Origin: Octopus sinensis
Lineage: Eukaryota
Assembly (NCBI RefSeq): GCF_006345805.1
Contig: NC_043001.1
Location: 45,384,001-45,448,000 of the forward strand
Reading direction: 5' to 3'
Length of the DNA stretch: 64,000 bases
In this document: one piece after another, positions 26,023-39,594 of the stretch
Layout: every line of letters starts with the position of its first letter
How positions within the stretch are numbered: the first letter of the stretch is position 1
Position numbers and translations under genes: made by a program
The notes under the pieces: model-generated
What the model was told of the DNA's origin: nothing
What the model saw: only the letters and a program-made list of their open reading frames with translations
Database searches by the model: none

Positions 26023-29000
26023 GATATTGCGTGTGTGAGAGAGTAAAAAGGGCAGGCATGTTTGTCTGCTTAAGAAGGTTGCTTTACAAGCATGTTGTTT
26101 CAGGTTCAGTCCCACTGCACAGCATCTTGGATAAGTGTAGACAAACTCAAAAAAGCTACAAGCCAGTCATATATACATGCACATATACATTCATGTACAC
26201 AAGCATACATTTAAATTAGACAGACAGATAGATAGACGGATGGATGGACAGGTGCATGCATACATACATACATACATGCCTTTTAAGTATCAGTTGAACA
26301 CTGGGGTTAATGTAATTGACTAGCTCCTTCTCCAAATTTTTGGGTCTTGTGACTATAATAGAAAGAAATAGACACACACACACACACAAAACCAAGTGCA
26401 AATGCTTTCTTTTTACTATAGTTCTCAAATATACAGGTGCATGCTGAGACTAGACCCATTCATTCATGTCATATTCATTACTATTTACTACACCTTTAAA
26501 ATATTTACTAGAGAACCCCACTCCTTTCTTTCAACTCTCACATTCTCCTCAAAAGAGTGTCTGCAGTCCTTTCAGTATTGCTCAGTATTTTATTTTACCG
26601 TAGCCACAAGACATAAAAACTACCTATCGTTCTCTTTCTTAGTTCAAAGAAAGTAGCAGAACAATCTTCACACTGAATTCCCAACAGTTGGTCAACTTAA
26701 CTTCACAAGTCAATCTGCTCAAACACTAACAGTATATGCAGAACCATTTTGTTGCTATGCACATCTTGTACAGGCTCAGCTGATGGCACTTCCATGCTTG
26801 TAGAGTTAGTTTATCTGAAACTGGTAATGCCTCTCAGTAGTACTACCAGGCCAAAGATTTCTGAAAATTATCCATAGTGCTCAGACTGAAAGTCTTCTGG
26901 AACTACATAGATCCAGATACAATACCACTGTGCAATGTTGGGCCAAGTGTCTTCTTTTACTATAGTCTGTGTGTGTGTGTGTGCGCGCAAGCACGCATGC
27001 TTGTGTGTGTGCGCTCATGCTTGTGTGTGTGTGTGTGAGCATGTGTTTAATGCTATAAAACAGATTTGATGAAATCTAAAATAGTAAACCAGGAGGTATT
27101 TGATACAGAAACAAGCCCTCCCCTCTCTCTTGAGCGCACGCACACACACATACACACAAATGTGTGTGTATAACAGTATAGATGCCTGGTAGTATTTAAG
27201 TTGTAAAAGGGAAGTAGCTTCCTCTTAAAGAGAATTAACTATGGTGAATGTAGCCATTCAATAATTAGAGATAAAAATGAGTATTAGAGTTGACATAATT
27301 TAAGGTGGTGCTCAAGCATGGTTGCAGTCCAGTGATTGAAACCAGTAAATGAACAAAAGAATACACAGAAATGTATGGGTTGTACTGAAATATTTAGTTA
27401 GCTACAGCTGTGGCCATAGTTCCACTGAAGTAGAACAAACCAAAGCGGCAGCAGTAACAGTCTCTTCAAGTCTAATGCATAATTTGCATGTGTTCAAATG
27501 AATCAACCAACAAAGTCTTTATGGTTTTGCTGAAATCAATATTTGCCATTTATAAAACATAATGGATTCACTAATGGTTATTTTATGGAAGATTTAACAG
27601 TGATTTCTTAAACTAGCACAAAGGAATAAAACAGACTGTGTTATTTATACAGTGTACTGAAAATACTCAGAAAAATAGAAGGCAAAGTCAACTGTTGAAG
27701 GATTTGAACTCAAAACATAAAAGAGGATAATTAAATACTAAATATCATTTAAACCAACTGATTCTAGAATTTATACACTATATATGTATATAATTTATAC
27801 ACTCATGCTTCCTACAAGATAAGTCAGTATCTGTAGGTTATAACTAGTCATTTGGCCCCTATTTTTGTGCCATAGCAGCAGCAAAGAAGGGTGTCTATAT
27901 GGATGCACGATCTGCTAGAGAGAACCAAATCTCCTTTGAATTATATCCTGCATTAAAGAGTATTGTCCAAGATACACTGTTTGAAAAAATGGCTATGTCT
28001 GGAATGTCTCTGATCAAAGGTCTGCATGATCAGATGTGACTTGGAGCTACAGAGTAACAAACTCTCATTTCAGATGTTCTATATTTTTATAAGATCAAGT
28101 GTTTTAAGCAGAATTCAATCTTTTTGCTTATTTTCTAATTTCATATTTATTTTATTTTATTTCTATTGTTACAATTTAATTTCAAATTACGTGATGTTTT
28201 AATACATCAAAACTGGGATACAGGAAATCAAATCTATTGAAACTGTAATTTAAACACATATCAACATTCAATACCTATATAAAATGATACCTCTTTATCA
28301 AGTTTTCTTTCATTCTGAATTTCAATTTTTCTGCCTCTTAGTTTTATTAATTCGAAATAAACAAATAAACAAACAAACAAAAATTTAATCAAGTTGATTC
28401 AAACCAACCAAACTAAATGTAAAAGGATGGATATTCACATGTACAAAATAGAGAATAGATTTTTTTTTGTCTAGCAAAACTTCCTTTTACTATAAAGCAA
28501 TTTTAAAGCTTAGGGGTATTAAGGGTAAAAATGTACTCAATAACAACTTAAATTATTTATATCCTGAAACATATATAGATAACTTGTAAGTCAATTACAC
28601 TCATATAAAATACTGCTAAGTTGGTAAGTGAAAAATTAGGACAGATATTGATGTTGAGTTAAACAGATAAAAAAATGGTTAATTTTAGATCAATTTATAT
28701 ATACACACTTTCCTTCCATTCATGTCAATATGGACAAATGGAAATGAAACAGTAAGGATGTTGGGAAGGGTAAAGTAGAGAAGGGGATGTAATGGAGGAA
28801 AATCTGAGTTTGTTTGCTTGTTCGTCCAGAGAGAAAATGGGAAGTGGAGCTGGGTTTCTGGGGCATGGTTTTAAACAATTATATTCCCTTTTTTTATCAC
28901 AAAAGTGTTACTTCACACATTAACAATTTCTAAAACATTCCAGTTTTGGAATCTAAACTTGAAAGAGTATAAATAAGTAAAGAACAATGATGTGAGGAGG

Positions 29001-29277
29001 GAGAGAGAGAGTATGAATGGTGAATTTGAACCCAAAATCAATGAGCTAGTTTTCAAATATTAAATTAACTTATTCATTTAACTTCTACTAGCAGTAATGG
29101 TTGTGACATGGTGTGAGTGTTAGCATGAATGACAATAGTCACAAGAATTCATCATGGAGAGTCATATGGATGAGCTATGGATGACATTGCATCACACACA
29201 CAACATATTTTCTCATATTTCATACATTTTATGTCCTTTGAGAGAATTCAATAGACAGAAACTGAAATAAACCTCCA

Positions 29278-29324
<47 letters not shown>

Positions 29325-31249
29325 ATGCATGTTTACAAAATCTGCTAAGCTACAGCTACAAATGGTGACATCATTATTTGTGGAGGAAGCTATAGTGAGT
29401 AACATATTGACATTGTCTCTTAGATCTATGCTTTCAAATTCCTCTGGAATAAGTTGGTATCAGGAAGAGCATCTGGCTGTAAAACATTCTCTCAATTACT
29501 CTGTCTTGCTAACATAGAAAAACAGACACCAAACAAAAACAAACAAATAACTTTACTGAATGCAATAAAAGCAGTTTTCTATTTTTCACTTTACATTTTT
29601 ACTATACAAGCAACAACAACAGCAGCAGTAGTCTGGCAACATTCCTACATCCTCTAGATTGTGATAGACAAATAGTCTAGACACATACAAAATGAACAAT
29701 TCAAAGTCAAATGGGGAAATATTGGAACAAGTGGTATATGCTATAAATTCCAGTTGAGATATGAAAATTATGAATCACACAAGACACAATGCTGATGAGC
29801 CAACAAGGAAGGCTTTATTAAGCTCTCTACCAGAAATAGCAACCAAATTTCACTTAAATCACACATTGCCATCTAAGAAAAGATGGTATCTAAGACTGCA
29901 TTGGATAACATAAATTAAATAAGTGATACCTGCAAGAAACATAACATGGACATAGCCAGAATGCTTTTGACCATAAGTAGCAACGCTACACACTGATTAT
30001 GCTCCTTGCATTGGTCTAAAATAAATACTGCATCTCAAAGCAGTTGTCTTACATTTATATATAGTTGAAATATTGTGTTATTTAAGTTTTTAACAGCAAC
30101 AACAACAATTGTATTAATTCAACAGTAATAGTAGTGCCTAACTACTTGGTCTTATATTCTTATGACTGTGGTTGGTATTATAAATGATTTTCATTTAGCT
30201 CCAAGTCAATCCTGATCAGTTGACCTATGATCAAAAGTATTCCAGCCTTGACCATTCCATCTGTTTAGGAGTATGTAGAATTACATTATCTAATGTGTTC
30301 TCCTTATCTTAAGATTGTGAGGTGTGGGTTGTAGATCTGACTGCCATTTCTAGCAAGTCAAATTACCATGTGAGGCTCCTTCATTGAAAAGAAGAAGATT
30401 GACAATTTAACAACTTTCAGATGGTAGTATATAATACCATGGAGTGAAGTGCAATTCATTACTCTAGGCTACAAAGACACTATATAATTGGCAAGAGTTT
30501 CATTGGTGAACAGTGTTGATCTACAATACAAAAGTAGTACCAAAATCAGTAAGAGATGTGTGATAAATTGGACCTTTCAAGCATCATGAAGCTCACTCAT
30601 CAGTGAGACAGTAATTAGTTTTTCTCTAATCTGCCTCAACCAGTTTGACTGGCATTCAGTGCAACACACATTGCAAGAGGTAACCTATACATCTTTGGGT
30701 GCCTATAGAGAATAATAAATGCAATGGAAGCAGTTGTTGGGCATACACAAGCTGAATAGTATATATTTGTAATGTTGGTAAAATGCTGCAAATTTATAAA
30801 GAAATTATGTAGCTATCTCAACCAATCCACAATATATAGGTGCAAAGAAAATCAAAATCAACAGCAATTAAAATAAGAAAGTAAAGATGTGTAATTAAAT
30901 ACTATAAGATTTAATTACCAATTTTTCTGTCACTCCACTGATTTAGCTCTAGTATTATATTCATTTACAATGGGAATCTTTAAGTGCTTTGGCAGTGGTT
31001 TCCATTTCTTGTCCTTCCCAGAGCACAGAAATATATGTACTGTTAGATAAATGTTGTACAAGTAGACTTAGATGGCTAACCTGGACCAGTAAGATAATAC
31101 AAGGCTTACAATCTGACATGTTTCATTTATCAATGACATACCTAATCTACTCAACCATTAAATTTCTGTCACCTACATACTTAAATGATGTTGTTAAATA
31201 TCTCCAGTGAACCCAATGGAATGAAACTAAATGTATGATCTTACAACAT

Positions 31250-31960
31250 ACAAGAAAAGACTGTCTAACAAAATATAACCTGACTGTCATTGTGACTCAT
31301 GTCATCAACCACTTTACAGTAGCATGAGCATCACGGTCTCAGAAAAGACTGAAAAATATTACCTAGACTTAACATAATCTATAGATTGCTCCTAAGCATC
31401 TCACAAGTTATCTCATGAGCGAAGGAGAGAGTCTCTATAGTTATAGAGGATTGTTTAGGGAAGATGTGAATCAGACACACATACTATGTGCCCAAGCCAT
31501 CTCAACTGATACCTGTATAGTGTGGATTTAATGCTACTGGTCTTGGTTCAACAGAAGATTTCCTATCTTGCTAGCTAATTGAAAGTATCTTCTGGAAACA
31601 TGGGATGTTAAAGGCTCCCAGGGCCTTTAACATCTCATGTGTGACAGCTGTATGTGGCTCATGTCTAACACCTATTCAAGAGAATGGAAACAAGAACATT
31701 GGTATGGAGGATGATTGCGGTTTTCAGAAAGGCTCTTGATCTGAGTCTACCAAAAGATAAAGAAGCAGTTTAGAATCATCTTGTCCAGCATGCTATCTTT
31801 GGAAATGCTACTGCTCAAGAATCTGAATTGGAAATTGTTGTTGTTGTACTGAGAAAATGGGGAGAAGAGTGGGTAGTGGAATGTATTATTGACTGATACA
31901 GAGTACTGGATGGCCTTATGTATATGCTCTGGCACTTACCAATCACAGCCTTGCTGCCTT
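31250..31960 (-). mobile_element. Degenerate RTE-clade LINE RT C-terminal remnant
   Basis: Minus-strand SIKSTLYRYQLRWLGHIV and LPKQ match the RTE QLRWxGHV-RM---RLPK motif. Confidence 0.6.
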
Positions 31961-32849
31961 GTGTGAGAATTCAGGGAAATGCCAGGAAGGCACATACACA
32001 TGCATGCATGTATGCACATGTGCCTGTGTGCATGTATGTGAGAATGTTGACATTCTATATCTTCACCTGAGGAAACAAGAGATTTAATTTTATATTCCTG
32101 AGTGATAACACATTCTGTTATTCTGCACTTTCAAAAACCAGTGGAATTAAAAATAAAATCCCCACACAGATAAGGGTAGGTGACTGGAAAGGCATTGAAC
32201 TGCAAAAGTCCAACTCAAATAAATTTCAAGCAAATCCATGAAAGCATGAAAAAACAGCTGTAAAACAAACATATGTGTGCACACACACACACACATGTAT
32301 ATGTGAGAGGTGCAACATCAAGTCTGTGGACAGTTACGTATGGCATTTAAAAGAGGAGGGTACACAATACATAATTAAATGGTTCCTAGAAAAACTAGGA
32401 CCATACTTCAACAGGAGAAACTATGTAAGCTTTGCTTGGCTGAGAGAGTAAGAATCCAGAATCGCTTGATCTGGGAACATTCTCAAACTCTAAAACAGAG
32501 ATGTTCAGTCAGTGCCCTCATCAGAGGAAATTTGTGTTGAAAACATGGAATTCTTTGTTTTCCAACTAAGAAAAGGCAGTCAACTATACATTATAAGCTG
32601 ACTCATTTCAGACATAACTGGAACCAATCTAAGGAGGATAACTCCCCATCAGCCACATTTATTGCCAGTAGAATTTCATCCCAGGATTTTTGCTTACAAA
32701 ATTAACTGACCATGATGTATTCCTTCCTCCAGTTGTAGAGAAGTTATGTACTTCCAGGCAATGAATCTGAAGAGTAACCTCTACAGCTAAGTACTTTAAA
32801 GGTGCAAAATCAATGGTAATTTTCAGACCAGCCATAACAAACAATCTTC

Positions 32850-32901
<52 letters not shown>

Positions 32902-33107
32902 TATATACACACACACACAATGAAAAGAAGAAGACAAAAAAATTGTTTAACACATCTATAATTATAAGTTACACATGTTTCTGTACCCCCTCCGTTTGCA
33001 ACACCAGTTTACACAAGAATTCTAACAGAAAAATTACATAATATGTACGGTTTTAGGCATTGGAGAGGCACTTCCTCAGACATGCATCAAAGACATGCTA
33101 TTACATT

Positions 33108-33237
33108 GTGTGTGTACATATATATATATATATATGTCTATGTATATATATATATATATATATATATGTCTATGTATATATATTATATATATATATATGT
33201 CTATGTATATATATATATATATATATATATGTCTATG

Positions 33238-33271
<34 letters not shown>

Positions 33272-33280
33272 ATATATGTC

Positions 33281-33319
<39 letters not shown>

Positions 33320-33689
33320 TCATCATCATCATCATTTAACGTCCGTTTTCCGTGCTAGCACAGGTTGGACGGTTCGACCAGAGTCTGGGAAGCCAGGGGC
33401 TGCACCAGGCTCCAGTCTGATCTGGCAGTGTTTCTACAGCTGGATGCCCTTCCTAACGCCAACCACTCTGCGAATGTAGTGGGTGCTTTTTACGTGCCAC
33501 GATCGATTGGTGCTTTTAACATGCCACCGGCACGGAAGCCAGCCAAGGCGGGGCTGGCATCGGCCACGTTCGGATGGTGCTTTTTATGTGCCACCGGCAC
33601 AGAAGCCAGTCGGGGCGGCGTTGGCATCAGCCACGTCCGGATGGTGCTTTTTATGTGCCACCGGCACATATATATATATGTCTATGTAT

Positions 33690-33738
<49 letters not shown>

Positions 33739-34060
33739 GTCTATGTATGTATGTGTATATGTATGTATGTATATATATATATATATATATATGTCTATGT
33801 ATGTATGTATGTATATATATATATATATATATATGTCTGTGTGGGGATTTTATATGTGTTTGCCTTTCAAATGCTGTGCCTTTACTGTGATCTCCCTTTT
33901 AGTAGAAGAAATAGCTATAATCTCTTTGACTGCTATTTCTAAATTCGGTGTGTGGTAAGGCAATTCGTTGCTAAACCCTTAATTACTTAGTATATATATA
34001 TATATATATATATATATGTCTATGTATGTGTGTGTATATATATATATACATATGTCTATG

Positions 34061-34093
<33 letters not shown>

Positions 34094-34200
34094 GTCTATG
34101 TATATATATGTATGTATGTATATATGTATGTATGTATGTATATGCATATATGTATATGTGTGTATATATATATATGCATATATGTACATATGTGTGTGTG
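33108..34200. repeat. Compound microsatellite blocks of (TA)n punctuated by TGTCTATG(TATG): 33108-33316, 33667-33840 and 33990-34200
   Basis: Seen directly. The spurious YI/IY ORFs derive from it. Confidence 0.9.
33316..33666 (-). mobile_element. RTE-tail repeat inserted into the compound microsatellite; CpG-rich and relatively young
   Basis: Nearly identical to 3330-3640 (TTTAACGTCCGTTTTCC...GGTCTGGGAAGCCAGGGG...CAGCTGGATGCCCTTCCTAA). Confidence 0.88.
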
Positions 34201-35339
34201 TATTTGAAATCATTGTAATACATAAATATATATTTAGTCTTATAAAAATATACTGCAACCAGCTTATAGAAGTTCTGGTAGCTAAAAATAAAGGCTCAAC
34301 TGACGTGCGAGTCATTTAAGAGTCATCAGAGCTGCTAATCACAATTCATAGTTATAGAATTAAAGTTTCAAAGAATATATCTCCTTAAGACAGAAACAAA
34401 TTATTATTTGTACATTGCCATCTACATGGAGCATGTTGAATAAATAGGATTTATTAACAAAAGCATCGACACAGCTTTGTTTACAATAAATGCATGCATG
34501 ACATGAGCTGTTTATGGTATATTGTCATAGTAACAATTGATATACGCTTATTAAACACAATGCATATGATTACATAAATGCATTTATTCAAAACAAAGTT
34601 GTGTTAGAACTTTTGTTAATAAATCTAGTCTGTCAGGCTTGCTCTATGAAAATTATGTTACACCAGAATAATTTGTTTATATTTTTCATAAGAAGATTTA
34701 CTCTTCAAAACTTCAGTAACTGAAAGTTGAGATAAGTGGGCCTGATGAGTTTTAAGAAGACAAAACACATGTTGATTAATCCATCACTCTTAGTTGCAAA
34801 CATTCTGATCTATTTACAATATATTTTCATGATGATACTAAAATATGTTTCTTAAAAATACTGTATATACTTTCATATATACATTTATTGACACACACAC
34901 ACACAAAACAAGCCGGTACAATCCATGTGTAGTCAAACTTGCTTGGCAGGAGGGTAATTTTTGGATACACTATAAGATTAAAAACAAAACCTACCTAAAA
35001 AGCTAGATAAAATTACAAAGGTCAATGGTCATCCAGTACCAACAAGAAATATCTCACATTGTAGACTTCTAGCAGCTAGCTACTGCAGTAGCTATAAAAT
35101 CAGTATCCTGTGTATAGCCAATTCCAACCAAAGAATGCTACCAGTAAAAGTAATTAAGACTTAAATCTTGTGCAAGTAGTTCCTCAAAATAATGTCAACA
35201 AGTTAAAAGTATAGAAGCTAAATTACCGACTGGATTATCAACAATCACTTTGGTTTTCTTTTACCATAAGTTGTGGCAAAATATTCACTAGGATACAAGA
35301 ACTGCAGCATTTACCTGGCTCAATGGCTTGTTACAATGT

Positions 35340-35600
35340 TGCTAGGCAGAGGAGGGAACAGATTGAGCAGATTGACCAGAAAGGCATGCTATCTTTGTGG
35401 CACTGGTGTTGGAAAGCAATAACATTAATATAGCTGCCCTTTGCAAGGCCAAACTGCCAATACAGCCACTCTTTGCAAAGCCAGGCTGCCAAAATGTGAT
35501 AGTGTCATAGATATAGTGATGCACATTTTTGGGGATTGAGAAACCAGCAGATCATAGACATAGGTGCATATAAAAACGGTAGTATTGCAAAATTAGAAAT
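35340..35600 (+). mobile_element. RTE LINE endonuclease N-terminal remnant
   Basis: Plus-strand PERHAIFVALVLESNNINIAALCKAKL resembles RTE PERRTALVA-EL--YNIDIAALSETRL. Confidence 0.55.
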
Positions 35601-37273
35601 ATACAAACCATTCTAGATGTGAAGGAGGTTTTGGAATTATGGGAAAGAGACTCTTTCTTAATAAATATGTTAAAAGAAATGTTGTTATTCTTAGCCACAA
35701 TTTATAATTACTCGGATTTTCAATTGTATAATTAGTTTGAATTTTATATTTTTAATATTTTCTTTCAAAAAAGTTTAATACAAGAAAGATGGATGGATTT
35801 TTTTAATAGTTCTTTTCTATATTTACTTGGTGAGTTTGATCTATGACTTGTATAACTATATTTTAAACCCTTCTAGACATTTATGGAACAGATAACAAGA
35901 TCTTGATTATATAATTAATAGATGAATTATAAATATATTGTGTAATAATAACATATGTAACTAAAGCTGAAATTGTATAGCTTTCATAACCTTCCTTGCT
36001 CTCATATCTACTTAGAAAAAAAACATTAGGGAATTTTTTTATCAAATACAATGTTTGTAGACGATAGTCATATTGAAACCTGATATATTTTGACTATCTT
36101 TACATTCATTTTACACACCATAGATGTATAACTGCAAATATCAGGGGAATACTTTAGTTTAGTTCCATTGAATACTTTATAATTTATGTATAAATACCTA
36201 GTGTTTACTTACAGGTAAATTTTCTATCTTTTCAACCATCTGATACGATTATTTAATTTAGCAAGTCAGCTCCAAAATATTATGTTAGTATTAAGGGGGT
36301 GGGGTATTCCTTAATGATCTCCAATTTTAGTAAATAGTTATTTACTGTTTAAATAGTCTTTAAAATACTAAATAATAAGACATCACCCACCTCTGTAGTT
36401 CTTCATTCCCAAAGTATTGCAGTTAACTACTTTCAGTATTATGTCCATTAACTCACTAGAAAACATTCATTCTTAATTCTTCTTTTATGTTTCATGGTCA
36501 ACTGTTTGTTTTTTACTTAATGCTTCACATGACAAAGCTAAGGCAAATTTATCACTTAACTTTCATTTTAGTCCATTCACAACGTTCTCTGCTGTTCTTA
36601 CCACTGACAACTGTCCTGTCATAGTAACATGTGTTCTTGTGTCCCTGTAGTTTTGTTTTTGCTAAGTTCAACTTATAACCTTGGTCAACATTTTTGCTGT
36701 CATCTAATTATCTTCTTTTCAGTACACATCTATTTACATGGTATTCAATGTTTTGTTTCAGAATAAATCTTCACTAGTTTCACATGTTCTAAGAATTCTT
36801 CAGCTTTAGCTGAAGAAAACAATTATGCAGTAGCTAATGAGATTTTTCTCTAGTTCCCTCTTCTTCTTGTTAGACTCTTTTTATAGTCTCTTCAAGTTGT
36901 GTATCATACTGTAAATATTCTTCTACAACATGTATACTGGTGGGGGACACATTGACTTACTTATAAGTCATAGCTTCTACCAAACTTCTATTTTTTTTCT
37001 TGCAAAGTTACTTATTATCTAACATAAACAATCCACATACTACTTCTTGTTTGAAAAAATTCTGTAGTTTATGATGATGATTCATGGATGTAATATCATG
37101 TGCACCATTCTTGAGATGTAAACGAAAATACAACCCTATAAATTAGGTGTTTTCTTGAGTTTTGTTTCTAGATCCAGCTTCTAAGTAGGCAAATACCCTT
37201 TCTATAGCTAACCACATCAACTGTGGAATATAAGTAGAGCATATTTGTTTCTTTGTCAGGTAGATACACTGAA

Positions 37274-37499
37274 TTAACCCTTCAACATTGATTACATTGT
37301 CAAATATAATGCTTATTTATTCACACTGTTTTAAATCTATCATTCATTATTTCATAGCTTCAAGATTTTGATTATGTGATTATGTATTTTTAGTATAACA
37401 TTATTGGGTACATGTGAGAGGTCAGATCTGTCTGATCTGAACATAAAACAGATAGAATATTTTGGCTGGATATGACTAGCTTAAATGCTAAGGGGTTAA
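37274..37499. mobile_element. piggyBac-type MITE with intact TTAA duplication
   Basis: TTAA|CCCTTCAACATT ... AATGCTAAGGGG|TTAA. The interior is 218 bp. Confidence 0.72.
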
Positions 37500-38394
37500 A
37501 CTATGGTATATGCAATGGTTATAATGGTAAGATTTAAACTTTCATCTCTACATCTGCAGTGCCTTTTGTGAGTTGCTGTTAGCTTCAGATTCTGTAAAGC
37601 AAATTCAGATTCAAGACAATCTTACATCTGGATAGTACACCAATGAATCACAGTAACTTTTCCATAAGGTTAGAAAGTTGTTTTTCTGCTAGATAAACTG
37701 AAGCTATACAAGTCAGTCGAAGCCTCTACATTGTTACTTGATTTGCTAGAAATAGCAACCAAAATGCCTCAAATCAGACCCTATCATTTTAAAAAGGAGA
37801 AGTACATATAAGATAATTCAGTCCAAGACTCCATTAAAAAGAATGGAAGGTCACAAATAGAATAATTTTGATCATAAGATCTGCTTGACAGAGCTCACTG
37901 GGACTAAGCAACAACAATTGAAGCAAAACACCTACAGTAACATTCAAGAATTCAAGTTTCAAAATTTGAAATGACCCATAAGTTCATCTTCAATGAAGGT
38001 TAAATTTTACAATATGACTTAATACCTATATATTCTAACATTTCTAGTTTAAATGTAGTCATTTTGAGATTAGGCCAAAATCACGTTATCACAAATATTT
38101 ATCTAATGGAATATTCTGTAATAACTAATGCACAGATACGTAGACAGTCTGTCAACAGCCCATCTATATTTAAAGCAAACTTCCAGATTCTGAAGTAGTT
38201 TGAAAAATGGCATGCCAAAACTTGTCAATTTGCTTGATGAAAATATACTCTTTTATGCCTATAATTGCAGCTTGCCCACGAACTGGCAAAACAGATTATC
38301 TTGTGTATGTTTGATACTAATCATATGTCTCGAGCTGCTTCTCATTCATATTTGAACATATATATACATACGTACATACATACATATATATCAT

Positions 38395-39073
38395 CATCAT
38401 CAACATCATCATCATCATCATCATCATCATTATTGTTTAACGTCCACTTTCCATGCTGGCATGGGTTGGACAGTTTGACTGAGGGCTGGCAAGCCATAAG
38501 GCTGCACCAGGTTCCAATCTGATCTGGAAGAGTTTCTACAGCTGGATGCCCTTCCTAACACCAACCACTCCAAGAGTGTAGTGAATGCTTTTTACATGCC
38601 ACTGGATGAGGGCCAGTCAGGTGGTACTGGCACCAACCATGCTCAAATGATGCTTTTTATGTGTCTTCGGCACAGGAGCCAGTCAGGCAGCACTGGCAAT
38701 GACAACACTCAAATGGTGTTTTTTACATGTCTTCGGCACAGGAGCCAGTCAGGCAGCACTGGCAATGACAACACTCAAATGGTGTTTTTTACATGCCGGT
38801 GGCACAGGAGCCAGTCAGACAACACTGGCAATGATCACACACGAATAGTGCTTTTTACATGCCACCAGTACAGGAGCCAGTCAGGCGGTACTGGTAAGGA
38901 TCACATATATATATTTAAATATATATTGGTGTTAGGAAAGGCATCCAGCTATAGAAACCATGCCAAAACAGACAATTGGAGCCTGGACAGCTTTCTGACT
39001 TACCAGCTCCTGTCAAACTGTCCAAACCACATTAGCATGGTAAATGGACATTAAACAATGATGATGATGATGA
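38395..39073. mobile_element. Composite repeat: minus-strand RTE-tail copy with five 66-bp tandem units, then a plus-strand RTE-tail copy
   Basis: The 66-bp period is confirmed by GACAACACTCAAATGG at 38701 and 38767. The tails at 38395-38580 and 38925-39073 are reverse complements. Confidence 0.85.
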
Positions 39074-39358
39074 TACACTAAAGGGCCAGTGAACATGCAG
39101 CCCAATAATAAATTTGACAGTAAATGTTTCATTATTATTCTTAATTCCTCCTACTGAAAATAACTTGTGGCAGACCAGCATACTGAGTGAGAGTTTGTCT
39201 TTAATTTACATAATTCTACATTACTCTGAAATTCCATTCCAGCCCACATTTTCCTGCAGTCATCAACTTGCAGCTTTTCATTAGAAGCATCAACTACATT
39301 AACCTCACTCCTTGTGGAAGGCCTGTGAAGGCCATTAGTACAGCTCCTTCCTCTAGAC

Positions 39359-39594
39359 CAGTGGTTTTCAACCATTTTTTGCCTATAGACCCTTTTGAGT
39401 CTTATTTTATTTTACTGGACACCCATGTTTAAAAAAATCCTATTATATTTTTAGAATTAAATTGTATAAAAAAATTAGGAATTGTATAAAAAAAAAATGT
39501 TGAAATATTTTGTGTATTGTAAAAGTATAACCAACTTTAACAAGATCTTATATGGACCCAAATGGGTCACATAGACCCCGTTTGAGGACTACTG
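39359..39594. mobile_element. hAT-type MITE (CAG...CTG ends)
   Basis: CAGTGGTTTTCAACC ... TTTGAGGACTACTG. The 8-bp flanks ctctagac and ctgtaaaa match at 5 of 8 positions. Confidence 0.55.

Noticed and set aside
33043-34319. Many YI/IY/VC-rich ORFs, likewise at 2465-3094, 46607-46970 and 53495-53741
   Set aside because: These are translations of microsatellites.
35326-35352. Minus-strand 27-nt microexon-like segment with good splice signals
   Set aside because: It is adjacent to or overlaps the antisense of an RTE endonuclease remnant on the plus strand, and it has no independent support.
38581-39054. 157-aa ORF with 22-aa repeats; array superficially CRISPR-like
   Set aside because: It comes from the 66-bp tandem unit of the RTE 3' UTR. 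There are no unique spacers and no cas genes, and the context is eukaryotic.
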